The notes under the pieces were generated by a model. It searched no databases, was not told the DNA's origin, and saw only the letters and a list, made by a program, of their open reading frames with translations. Below, one piece after another: positions 17,106 through 26,353 of a stretch of 64,000 bases of DNA (within the stretch, counting starts at the first letter, position 1; each line of letters begins with the position of its first letter). Origin of the DNA: Chitinophagales bacterium (GTDB lineage Bacteria > Bacteroidota > Bacteroidia > Chitinophagales > Chitinophagaceae); the NCBI GenBank assembly GCA_038257335.1, contig JBBSJJ010000001.1, forward strand, positions 2,589 through 66,588, read 5' to 3'. The position numbers and the translations under genes were made by a program.

Positions 17106-18452
17106 ATGATGAAATTAACTTTTTGCGGTATCCTCCTTTGTCTTTTTCTATTTCTAGAAAAAGCAGAAAGCCAGGTACATACGGCCAGACAAAACGTATC
17201 AATGACCACCAGTACCAATGGTTTTTACGAGTATCTTCCCCAGGGATATAATCCACAAGCCACAGAAACATACCCCTTGCTAATATTTGTTCATGGCATG
17301 GGTGAACTTGGAAATGGTACCACTCAATTGAGTACTGTGTTAAATAATGGTACACCCAAACAAATAAGAGATGGTATTTTTCCTGTTTCATTTACGGTAA
17401 ACGGTCAAACGCACAAGTTCATAGTAATATCTCCACAGTTCAATGTGTGGCCAAATTCTCAGGAGCTGGATAATGTGATTAGTTACGCCGTGAGTAATTA
17501 TAAAGTAAACATCAACAGGATTTACCTTACCGGCCTCAGTATGGGTGGAGGTGTTATATGGGAGTATTGTGGCAATAATTTAAATTATGCCAATCGCATT
17601 ACAGCTATTGTTCCTATTTGCGGAGCTTCTTACCCTGATTACTGGAGGGGAAGAACAATTGCAAATGGCAATATTGCGGTTTGGGCTACACACAACCAGG
17701 GTGATGGTACTTCACCTGTATCTCACACCAATGGATATGTAACCAATATAAACTCATCTCCTTTACCATTATCACCACAGTCTAATCCCCTGGCAAAAAA
17801 AACCATTTTTGATGTTGGCGGTCATGATGCATGGAGTGCAACTTATAATTTAAACTTTCGGGAGAATGGGAAGAACGTATATGAATGGATGCTGCAGTTT
17901 CAAAAAAATCTTAATATTCTTCCCGTAACAGGTTTGGAATTTAACGCAGCTAAACAAAATAACAATGCATTGCTACACTGGAAAACTTTTACAGAAACAA
18001 ATAATATTGGCTTTCAGATAGAGCGTAGTATAGATGCGGTACATTATGATTCTATTGGATTTGTGGCAGGCCGGGGAGTAAATGGAAACGGCGCCACGTA
18101 TAGCTTTTCCGATAATACTTCTTTAAATGGAACCAGCTATTACAGGCTTAAACAAAGAGATATTTCTGGTGCTTTCCATTATAGTATGGTAAAGTCGCTT
18201 GAGTTTGACAAGGCCGCTTCGTTTACAATTTATCCCAACCCGGTGCAAAATACATTGAACATTAAAAGCACGATCGGTTTAAGAAACACCACTATACGAA
18301 TTTTTGATGCTTCGGGGAAAATGATACAATCAATGGCACTAACGGGTACCGGAATTTTGCAGGTTCCTGTTCCTAATCTTGCAAGAGGGATATATTACGC
18401 AGAAATCACTGGCGATTCCTTTAAACAGCATATCCGATTTGTAAAGAACTAG
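17106..18452 (+). CDS. T9SS-secreted alpha/beta-hydrolase (esterase-like) with type A C-terminal sorting domain
   Basis: Signal peptide, HGMGE, GLSMGG nucleophile elbow, HNQGD, GGHDAW, and CTD IYPNPV...IFDASGK...LARGIYY. Confidence 0.82.
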   Translation: MMKLTFCGILLCLFLFLEKAESQVHTARQNVSMTTSTNGFYEYLPQGYNPQATETYPLLIFVHGMGELGNGTTQLSTVLNNGTPKQIRDGIFPVSFTVNGQTHKFIVISPQFNVWPNSQELDNVISYAVSNYKVNINRIYLTGLSMGGGVIWEYCGNNLNYANRITAIVPICGASYPDYWRGRTIANGNIAVWATHNQGDGTSPVSHTNGYVTNINSSPLPLSPQSNPLAKKTIFDVGGHDAWSATYNLNFRENGKNVYEWMLQFQKNLNILPVTGLEFNAAKQNNNALLHWKTFTETNNIGFQIERSIDAVHYDSIGFVAGRGVNGNGATYSFSDNTSLNGTSYYRLKQRDISGAFHYSMVKSLEFDKAASFTIYPNPVQNTLNIKSTIGLRNTTIRIFDASGKMIQSMALTGTGILQVPVPNLARGIYYAEITGDSFKQHIRFVKN

Positions 18453-18485
18453 TGCAATGTTATAAATAATATGACTGTTCTACTT

Positions 18486-18513
18486 GTCAATGGTGAATGG
18501 TCAATGGTGGATA
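18486..18513. repeat. Short heptanucleotide array
   Basis: gtcaatg gtgaatg gtcaatg gtggata. Confidence 0.5.
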
Positions 18514-18575
18514 TCGGCCTTTTTTCCATTGCCAATTCAAACTTAAGTTAAGACTAGTTTTGTAAATTATACCTC

Positions 18576-18613
18576 CAATAAAAAACCAGGCTTGACTGCC
18601 TGGTTTTTTATTG
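18576..18613. terminator. Bidirectional intrinsic terminator between convergent genes
   Basis: AATAAAAAACCAGGC-TTGACT-GCCTGGTTTTTTATT. Confidence 0.85.
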
Positions 18614-18658
18614 GAAGATGTTAGCCTATAGAAACTCGCCTTTAGTGAACATCAGTTG

Positions 18659-19729
18659 TTATTTCTTTTTGATAAATTTAATTGTTCCGCTTTTTTGCAA
18701 GTCAGATGTAATGCGTACTTCATATCTTTTTGTGCCATCTGTAACTACCATTAAGGCTGTGTTCGGCGGAATGGTACCAAGATTTTCTGCATACATAACC
18801 AACTCATTTTCCTCCTCCAATTCTTCTATGGGCAAGCGAATGGTTATAGCAGCCGTAGTTAGTTTTTTTCTTGAAAGCAATAATTTTCCGTTTAGGAAAA
18901 GAGAAATGCTATCGCCGTCTATCTCCCCGTTGTCGTACAAATCTATTTTTACACTGTTGCTCTCAACTTCAATTGTTTTTAAAATACTGGTATTTCTTTT
19001 TTCGTACCTAAGGCCGGGTGCCAGCATGGTCTTGGGGGTCATTGTTACCAGGGCTTCGTCTTTATATTCCTTATGTTTTACGAATGTATCTCCCTTAGGT
19101 AGTGTAGCTGTGGCAGGGGGTGTCTTTGGTTTGGGTAAAGGCGCTTTGGCGATGGGAGCTGCAGCAGGTTTTTTGTTTTTGTCAGCCAGGTTTGGCAAAG
19201 GTTTGTTTCCTGCTTTTACCTGGGTATTATTTTGAGCGGCTGGATTTTTAAAGCCAGGGTAAGATTTGGTTAGTGAACGCCTGCTCAACGTGGTAACACC
19301 GTAGCCACAATTCCCTTTTTGATTGGGGGCAGGAATCCAATCTCCTTCAAGCGTTTCATCGCCACCGGTGGCTTTAAAAAAACTAAGTCTATGCACCTGG
19401 AAGCAGTTGTTTACTTCGGCGGGCACATTAGTCTTGGTGCGTTCTATTTCTGTAACCTCCACATATTTTTTCTTTTTGTCTATTACCCCCGTAAGCCTGC
19501 AAATGGTGTAATATCTTTTTCCCCCTTCGGTGAAATAAGTGTAAGAAAAGCCGCTAACCTTGTTTCCCTTTGTTTCCAGGTCCAGCACGTACTCGCATTT
19601 ATCGCCGCCCCAGCCCATATATTTGGTGCTTTTATCAAGGAAGTCTCCTTTCCATTGCCCATTAAAATCCTGGGCCAAAACAGTGGTGTAAGAAAAAATA
19701 GCGACTGCAAAAAGTAAAAATCGATTCAT
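18659..19729 (-). CDS. Secreted hypothetical protein: N-terminal beta domain, Pro/Lys/Ala linker, conserved C-terminal domain
   Basis: Signal peptide and C-terminal LYDNGEIDGDSIS...MYAENLGTIPPNTAL. Paralog of 45073-46152. Confidence 0.8.
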   Translation of the reverse strand: MNRFLLFAVAIFSYTTVLAQDFNGQWKGDFLDKSTKYMGWGGDKCEYVLDLETKGNKVSGFSYTYFTEGGKRYYTICRLTGVIDKKKKYVEVTEIERTKTNVPAEVNNCFQVHRLSFFKATGGDETLEGDWIPAPNQKGNCGYGVTTLSRRSLTKSYPGFKNPAAQNNTQVKAGNKPLPNLADKNKKPAAAPIAKAPLPKPKTPPATATLPKGDTFVKHKEYKDEALVTMTPKTMLAPGLRYEKRNTSILKTIEVESNSVKIDLYDNGEIDGDSISLFLNGKLLLSRKKLTTAAITIRLPIEELEEENELVMYAENLGTIPPNTALMVVTDGTKRYEVRITSDLQKSGTIKFIKKK

Positions 19730-19816
19730 GTGGAAAACGAATTTAGGGAAAAGCAAAATTATAGGTATTTCTATGCTTAATTGTTCATTTAACCATCACG
19801 TTCGCTAAGGATTAGT

Positions 19817-19824
19817 TAATTTTG
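19817..19824 (+). promoter_or_regulatory. Bacteroidota sigma-A -7 element upstream of thrS
   Basis: TAATTTTG matches TAnnTTTG, ~30 nt before the start. Confidence 0.65.
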
Positions 19825-19855
19825 CCACTCTTAATTAAGTCAGAATAAAAGAAAC

Positions 19856-21811
19856 ATGATAAAAATTACATTACCAGATGGATCGGTGAGAGAATACCAG
19901 GAAGGTACAACAGCGCTTGATATTGCAAAATCTATCAGTGAAGGACTGGCCCGCAAGGTGTTGGCGGCCAACATTGACAATGAAGTGTGGGATGCTACGA
20001 GGCCCATTGAAAAAGATGCTTCCCTGCAATTGCTTACCTGGGAAAATGAAAGTGCCAAATCAACTTTCTGGCATTCTTCTGCACACTTGATGGCCGAAGC
20101 TGTTGAAGCTACTTTTCCCGGTGTAAAATTTTGGGTAGGGCCTGCAATTGAAAAAGGCTTTTATTACGACATGGATCTTGGTGAGCAAAAGATAACGGAA
20201 GATGATTTGCAGATACTGGAAAAAAAGATGAACGAACTGGCAAAGCAGAACAATGGCTTTGTGAGAAAAGGCATTTCAAAATCAGAAGCCTTTGAATATT
20301 TCACTGGTAAGGGAGATGAATACAAATTAGACCTCCTGCAGAATTTAACCGATGGCGAAATTACTTTTTATACCCAGGGTCAATTCACTGACTTGTGCCG
20401 TGGCCCTCATATTCCCCATACAGGATTTATAAAAGCCATTAAGCTTACCAGTGTTGCTGGTGCTTACTGGAAAGGCGATGAGAAAAATAAACAGCTCACC
20501 CGTGTGTATGGCATTACTTTTCCTGCACAAAAAGAACTGGACGAATACCTGGCGATGTTGGAAGAAGCCAAAAAAAGGGATCACAGAAAATTGGGTAAGG
20601 AAATGGGCATTTTTACTATGGATGATGATGTAGGACCAGGCTTGCCACTGTGGATGCCCAACGGAACCATCATTATAGAAGAGCTGGAAAAGCTGGCGAA
20701 AGAAACAGAAAATGCCGGCGGATATAAAAGGGTGGTAACGCCACACATTGCTAAAGAAAGTATGTACCTCACCAGTGGGCATCTTCCTTACTATGCAGAC
20801 AGTATGTTTCCGCCAATGGAATTGGATGGTACCAAATATTACTTGAAAGCCATGAACTGTCCGCATCATCATAAAATATTTGATGCAGAGCAAAAAAGCT
20901 ATAAGGACCTGCCATACCGACTCGCAGAATACGGCACTTGTTACCGGTATGAACAAAGCGGCGAATTGTTTGGTTTAATGAGGGTACGCTGCCTGCACAT
21001 GAACGATGCACATATTTATTGTACCAAAGAGCAGTTTGCCGAAGAATTCAAAGCGGTAAATGACATGTATATCAAATATTTCAAAATATTTGGTGTAGAT
21101 AAATACCGCATGCGTTTGTCGCTGCACGATCCAGAAAAGCTGGGACAGAAATACGTGAATGAACCCGAGTTATGGCTGGAAACAGAAGAGTTGGTAAGAC
21201 AGGTGTTGATAGAAACCGGGGTGCCTTATGTAGAGGTAAAAGGAGAAGGCGCATTTTATGGCCCTAAGATAGATGTGCAGATTTGGAGTGCCATAGGCCG
21301 GGAGTTTACCCTTGCCACCAACCAGGTAGATTTTGCCCAGGGCCGCAGTTTTAAATTGAGCTTTACCAACAAAGACAATACGCCGGAGGTTCCACTAATC
21401 ATTCACAGGGCGCCATTGGGTACCCACGAAAGGTTCATCGGCTTCCTGCTTGAGCACTATGCCGGTAAGTTCCCAACCTGGCTGGCACCGCTACAGGTAA
21501 AGATTTTACCCATCAGCGATAAATTTATGGATTATGCAAATACAATTTTGAAAACGCTGAAAAATGCAGATATTCGTGCAGAGATAGATGACAGAAATGA
21601 GAAGATCGGCAAGAAGATCAGGGACACAGAATTGGCAAGGGTTCCTTACATGCTGGTAATAGGCGAAAAGGAAATGAATGAAGGGAAAGTTGCTGTGCGC
21701 CGCCAGGGCAAAGGCGATTTAGGTGTAAAAGATTTAGAACAATTTACCAGCGAATTGGTTTTAGAAATTAAAGAAAGAATAGATTCGGGTGTAGAAATAA
21801 GCCTGGCTTAA
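19856..21811 (+). CDS. thrS: Threonine--tRNA ligase
   Basis: TGS domain, DLCRGPH, RDHRKLG, LKAMNCP, YGPKID and IHRA motifs. Confidence 0.97.
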   Translation: MIKITLPDGSVREYQEGTTALDIAKSISEGLARKVLAANIDNEVWDATRPIEKDASLQLLTWENESAKSTFWHSSAHLMAEAVEATFPGVKFWVGPAIEKGFYYDMDLGEQKITEDDLQILEKKMNELAKQNNGFVRKGISKSEAFEYFTGKGDEYKLDLLQNLTDGEITFYTQGQFTDLCRGPHIPHTGFIKAIKLTSVAGAYWKGDEKNKQLTRVYGITFPAQKELDEYLAMLEEAKKRDHRKLGKEMGIFTMDDDVGPGLPLWMPNGTIIIEELEKLAKETENAGGYKRVVTPHIAKESMYLTSGHLPYYADSMFPPMELDGTKYYLKAMNCPHHHKIFDAEQKSYKDLPYRLAEYGTCYRYEQSGELFGLMRVRCLHMNDAHIYCTKEQFAEEFKAVNDMYIKYFKIFGVDKYRMRLSLHDPEKLGQKYVNEPELWLETEELVRQVLIETGVPYVEVKGEGAFYGPKIDVQIWSAIGREFTLATNQVDFAQGRSFKLSFTNKDNTPEVPLIIHRAPLGTHERFIGFLLEHYAGKFPTWLAPLQVKILPISDKFMDYANTILKTLKNADIRAEIDDRNEKIGKKIRDTELARVPYMLVIGEKEMNEGKVAVRRQGKGDLGVKDLEQFTSELVLEIKERIDSGVEISLA

Positions 21812-21918
21812 AATAAAGGCTTGATTTTTGAACCGCATCTAAGCATAAAATTGCGGCCTGCATGTTGCCCATGCAAAGTTTGCAAAACAACAACAATATT
21901 ATAAATCAAAAAAAGTAA

Positions 21919-22614
21919 ATGGCATTTCCACCCAGACAACCGAGGGGAACATTTAACCCTCGTTTTAAAAAAGAACAACAACAAGAACACCGTACCAACC
22001 ACATGATAAAAGTGCCGGAGGTACGATTGGTAGGCGAAAATCTTGAACCAGGTATTTTCTCCACGCTAGACGCACAAAAGCTGGCTCAAAGCCAGGGTCT
22101 GGACCTCGTAGAGATTTCTCCGGGAGCCACGCCGCCGGTGTGCAGGATAATAGATTACAATAAATTTTTGTACGAAGAGAAGAAGAAGAAAAAAGAAATG
22201 AAGGCGAAAGCCAAAACGAGTGAAGTAAAAGAAATTCGTTTTACACCCAATACGGATGATCATGACTTTGACTTTAAAGTAAAACATGCTGAAAAGTTTT
22301 TGAAAGAAGGCGATAAAGTGAAAGCCCATGTTCAGTTTAAGGGAAGGGCCATTATGTTCAAAGAAAGAGGCGAATTGCTTTTATTAAAATTTGCCGATAG
22401 TCTAAAAGACGTAGGCGCTTTGGAAGGGATGCCCAAAATGGAAGGAAAAAGGATGTTGGTAATGTTTGCACCAAGAACGCAGAAACCTAAAAAGGGATCT
22501 GAATTGGGAAGGCTGATCAAAGAGGACAAAGAGCCTAAAGAACAACCAGCTCCAGATGCTGCTCCTGCTTCAGATGCTTCAGCTCAAGCACCTACGGAGG
22601 CGAAAGAATCATAA
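21919..22614 (+). CDS. infC: Translation initiation factor IF-3
   Basis: EVRLVG, LDLVEI, PPVCRIIDY and KEIRF...HDFDFK motifs. Confidence 0.96.
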   Translation: MAFPPRQPRGTFNPRFKKEQQQEHRTNHMIKVPEVRLVGENLEPGIFSTLDAQKLAQSQGLDLVEISPGATPPVCRIIDYNKFLYEEKKKKKEMKAKAKTSEVKEIRFTPNTDDHDFDFKVKHAEKFLKEGDKVKAHVQFKGRAIMFKERGELLLLKFADSLKDVGALEGMPKMEGKRMLVMFAPRTQKPKKGSELGRLIKEDKEPKEQPAPDAAPASDASAQAPTEAKES

Positions 22615-22639
22615 ATGACGGCATGACCACGAGGATTAT

Positions 22640-22671
22640 AAAAAAACGGGAGACATTTGTCTCCCGTTTTT
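22640..22671. terminator. Bidirectional intrinsic terminator
   Basis: AAAAAAACGGGAGAC-ATTT-GTCTCCCGTTTTT between infC and the convergent OmpA gene. Confidence 0.85.
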
Positions 22672-22696
22672 ATTTTTGCCTGCAACCTACATTTAT

Positions 22697-24028
22697 TTAC
22701 TGTCGTAGAAACTCAACCCTGCGGTTATTTGCCTTGCCTTCGTCGGTAGTATTTTTTTCTATAGGTTGAGTTTCGCCCTTGCCATCTGTTTGTAACCGAT
22801 CGCTGTCAATATTAAATTCTTTAGAAATAAAAATCTTAACAGCTTGTGCCCGCTTTTTGGAAAGCTCGAGGTTGGCAGCAGGTTCGCCATCAGTATCTGT
22901 GTGGCCTACTATTAAAACCTTCAAGTTTGTATTTTCTGTAAGTACCTGCGCAATGTCTTTCAACGCTCCGTAGCTGCGGGGTTTAATCTGGTCGCTGTTT
23001 ACATCAAATAGAATTCCATGTGTCACAAATTTTCCTTCGGTCACCAGTTTATTCCTTGTGTCGGGAGCGCCTACGGCCAGGCGAATGTTGCCAAGGTAGT
23101 AAGCATCGTTGGTATTGTTGGCGGCGTTGTTTCTAAAATACAGGGCGTTAAGTTTAAGATCATCCGTTAACCCTCTGGGTATATCCCAGACCTTTTTTTC
23201 ATCCATGTAAACCCTTACCCTGTTTTTCTGGCGCCAGATAGAAATATGAGCCTGTGTTTTATCAGGTTCGCTCAGTTTATCCTGGTCAGCCTTGTTTTTA
23301 ATTATTTCTTTGTGATCAAATGTGGAGTGAAATGCTGTCATACCCACCTGCCCACCTGCATTCTGCGGATGAAAAGAAATCTCAAAGCCTCCGCCCTTAT
23401 CAAAGCGCCCTTCGGCAAAGCGGGCAAACCTGGTAAAGTCTTTCCCAATGTCTGTAGCGGATGTAAACCCCACTACAAAATGGCCGCTGTAAAAACTAAA
23501 TTCATCGGTGCACATCAGGTCAAACTCAAGCGTAAAATTATCGGGCAGGTTTTTTATTCCCTCCGGGTAAAAGATCACTTCCTTTTGTGTCATCAGGTAT
23601 TTGCCGGAGCTCTTGTTGGTAGTTACAATTTCGCCACTTCCATTGGTGTTCCAACCCGCCGGAAAATCTCCCGCAGCATCCTGCGAAAAATCTTCAGCAG
23701 CCACCAGCTTTTCTCCCGGTACGAAGTCAAATTTGCTGTAACTTTTAAGGCTGTTACCAGTATTTTTTTTGCCAGTGGAGTTGGCTTCTTCCCGGCTAGA
23801 TGCGCTTTCTGCACTGTTTTCGGTGCCATCCTGGTTGGTTTTTTTTGGTGCATTTTCAGCCTTGTCCAGCGATTTGTCAATGGCATTGTCCATTTTTTGA
23901 TCCACTCTTTGGTTCACTTTGCTTTTCGTTTTTTGCTTGGCTTTTTCTAAAAGATTTCCAAATTGAGCCTGTGCAACATGTAAGTTCAATAAGATGAACA
24001 TAGATAATATAATGCGTAGCATAATCAT
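22697..24028 (-). CDS. OmpA-family peptidoglycan-binding protein with an N-terminal beta-sandwich-like domain
   Basis: Signal peptide and C-terminal LFDVNSDQI...IVGHTD...NLELSKKRA...ANNRRVEF. Confidence 0.88.
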   Translation of the reverse strand: MIMLRIILSMFILLNLHVAQAQFGNLLEKAKQKTKSKVNQRVDQKMDNAIDKSLDKAENAPKKTNQDGTENSAESASSREEANSTGKKNTGNSLKSYSKFDFVPGEKLVAAEDFSQDAAGDFPAGWNTNGSGEIVTTNKSSGKYLMTQKEVIFYPEGIKNLPDNFTLEFDLMCTDEFSFYSGHFVVGFTSATDIGKDFTRFARFAEGRFDKGGGFEISFHPQNAGGQVGMTAFHSTFDHKEIIKNKADQDKLSEPDKTQAHISIWRQKNRVRVYMDEKKVWDIPRGLTDDLKLNALYFRNNAANNTNDAYYLGNIRLAVGAPDTRNKLVTEGKFVTHGILFDVNSDQIKPRSYGALKDIAQVLTENTNLKVLIVGHTDTDGEPAANLELSKKRAQAVKIFISKEFNIDSDRLQTDGKGETQPIEKNTTDEGKANNRRVEFLRQ

Positions 24029-24171
24029 TGAATTTAGGATGCTAATGTAAGGTTTGCAGCTTCAAAATGCAATACGCAAAAGCAGTAGGCCTGCCGGCAA
24101 TGGGCAATTGTTTAAAAATTTTGTATAGCAAGTCAAATAATTTGAGGTAATTCGCAACAACAAATAGTTAG

Positions 24172-24906
24172 ATGGATATAAGTTTAAACAAATACATTAG
24201 TGATAGTGGCTTTTGCAGCAGGCGGGAGGCAGATCGGTTTATAGAAGAATGCCGGGTAACCATCAATGACAAGGATGCGCAAAAAGGTAACCGGGTAGCA
24301 GAAAACGATGTGGTAAAAATAGATGGGGAGCCCATTAAAAAGAAAAAGAATGCGGTGTATCTATTGCTCAACAAACCCAAAGGAGTTACCTGCACAACAG
24401 ACCTAAAGGATAAAACCAACATTGTAGATTTTGTAAATTATAAAACCCGCATCTTTCCGATAGGCAGGCTGGACAAGCTTTCTGAAGGATTGATCTTTTT
24501 GACCAATGATGGAGACATCGTTAATAAAATTCTGAGGGCGGGCAATGGGCATGAGAAGGAATACATCGTTACCGTTGATAAACCCATCCACGGAGAATTT
24601 ATTCAAAAAATGCGGGCGGGTGTGAAGATCATGGGAGTGACTACGCAAAAGTGTTTCGTAAAACAGGAGGGCGACAATCGTTTTAGAATTGTTCTTACCC
24701 AGGGTTTGAACAGGCAGATACGGCGTATGGCCGAGGCTCTGGGTTATAAGGTAGTAGCCCTAAAGAGAATCCGCATCATGAATATCAACATCGCAGGGTT
24801 GCAACCAGGCAAGTGGCGTTATTTTACGCCCCAGGAAATAAATGCTATTAACGAGATGCTGGCAACAAGCAGCAAAACCGGCGATGGGGAAGGTATGGGC
24901 GAATGA
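24172..24906 (+). CDS. rluF: 23S rRNA pseudouridine synthase (RluF/RsuA family)
   Basis: S4 domain (SRREADRFI), NKPKG, IGRLDK catalytic Asp and QGLNRQIRRM. Confidence 0.85.
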   Translation: MDISLNKYISDSGFCSRREADRFIEECRVTINDKDAQKGNRVAENDVVKIDGEPIKKKKNAVYLLLNKPKGVTCTTDLKDKTNIVDFVNYKTRIFPIGRLDKLSEGLIFLTNDGDIVNKILRAGNGHEKEYIVTVDKPIHGEFIQKMRAGVKIMGVTTQKCFVKQEGDNRFRIVLTQGLNRQIRRMAEALGYKVVALKRIRIMNINIAGLQPGKWRYFTPQEINAINEMLATSSKTGDGEGMGE

Positions 24907-24946
24907 TGAGGATATCAAAAGCTGTTTCATCCTAAAACGTAGTGTT

Positions 24947-25468
24947 ATGAAAAATACAGGTATCACTCAGTTACTCACCGACGAAAACACCCACCTTGAA
25001 AAGTTGCAGCGCATTGTAAGTGAAGCCATCGATGCGGAGAAACTAATTGTAAAAAATCTGCTGCATCCACCCCATGAAACGTTGTCGGTTGGACAAAAAG
25101 TATCAGACAAGGTGGCCCGTTTTGGTGATAGCTGGAAATTTATTATTTTTTTTGGCATCGTACTTTTTGTATGGATCGTATTTAATGTAGTAGCCATAAA
25201 GGCCTGGCGATTTGATCCCTTTCCTTTTATTTTAATGAACCTGGTACTTTCTTGCATTGCAGCCATGCAGGCTCCCATTATTATGATAGACAGAACGAAA
25301 ATGACTACCTCATCAATTTGAAGGCAGAGATGCAAATTAGAAGCTTGCACCAAAAAATAGATTTACTGGAGCAGGAACAGATTAAAACTTTGTTTGAAAG
25401 CCAGCGTGAGCAATTCGAGGCTGCTTGATGAGATCAATCAAAAATTAGATGACTTGAAAAAGCAATGA
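24947..25468 (+). pseudogene. DUF1003 membrane protein, disrupted
   Basis: FDPFPFILMNLVLSCIAAMQAPIIM is followed by loss of the usual MSQNRQ segment and a frameshift. ENDYLINLKAEMQIRSLHQKIDLL continues in another frame, and a second shift precedes LLDEINQKLDDLKKQ*. Confidence 0.8.
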
Positions 25469-25547
25469 TTTGCAATATTGTGGGCGAGGGTTTTCTGTGG
25501 TTTGCTATACATTTGCAACCATTTACTTTTTATAATCAAATTTTCAG

Positions 25548-26336
25548 ATGGGCCTTATCAACAAGATTTTGTACAACAGCTTAAGCCAACGCAACTATTT
25601 AAAGTTTTTAAATACATCTTTTTTTTCCTTGTATAAAATGGGATTGTTGAAAAGCAATCCAAAATACCAATACCATTATTTTGCAAAGAACCTGGTGAGC
25701 CCCGGCGACACCGTGATTGATTTAGGGGCTAACCTTGGCTACTACGCTAATTTATTCCAGGACTGGGTAGGGGAGCATGGAAAATTGTATGCAGTAGAAC
25801 CGGTGATTCCTTTTAATGAAATTTTACAATGGAAGTTGAAGGATAAAAAGCAGGTTACCATTTTGCCTTATGCATTGGGAACAGATGAAAAAAAGATCAC
25901 GCTGGTTATCCCTAAAGATCTTGGGTATTTATCTACAGGCTTGCCCAACGTGTACGACCCCGCCACCCACGGAAGCCTAGAGGAGTACGGCTTTAAGTTT
26001 GATGCCACTATGAAGAAGGGCAGCGAATTGTTTAAAGATTTAACCAGACTCGATTTTGTAAAATGTGATATTGAAGGTTATGAAGAATTCGTTTTCCCGG
26101 AGATGAAGCCTGTGTTTGAAAAGCACAAACCCATCATACAGGTAGAAACCTGGGGCCCACATAAAAAAGTAGTGGAAGATTTTTTAACCAGTATCGGTTA
26201 CCAACAATATCACCTGGACAATGGAAAATTAAAACCCTCGGCCACCGGCCATGACGATACCGTAGTTGATTTCATTTTCATTCATCCGGATAACACAGCT
26301 GCTATTGCAAAAGCAAGGCCATTGATGACTTTGTAG
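25548..26336 (+). CDS. FkbM family methyltransferase
   Basis: VIDLGANLGYY, AVEP and FVKCDIEGYE motifs. TACATTTG promoter element at 25508-25515. Confidence 0.88.
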   Translation: MGLINKILYNSLSQRNYLKFLNTSFFSLYKMGLLKSNPKYQYHYFAKNLVSPGDTVIDLGANLGYYANLFQDWVGEHGKLYAVEPVIPFNEILQWKLKDKKQVTILPYALGTDEKKITLVIPKDLGYLSTGLPNVYDPATHGSLEEYGFKFDATMKKGSELFKDLTRLDFVKCDIEGYEEFVFPEMKPVFEKHKPIIQVETWGPHKKVVEDFLTSIGYQQYHLDNGKLKPSATGHDDTVVDFIFIHPDNTAAIAKARPLMTL

Positions 26337-26353
26337 ACTTTAAAAAAGCTGAA

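Noticed and set aside
24842-24946. N-terminal extension of the DUF1003 ORF as given in the ORF track
   Set aside because: It overlaps the rluF 3' end. The ATG at 24947 is the plausible start.
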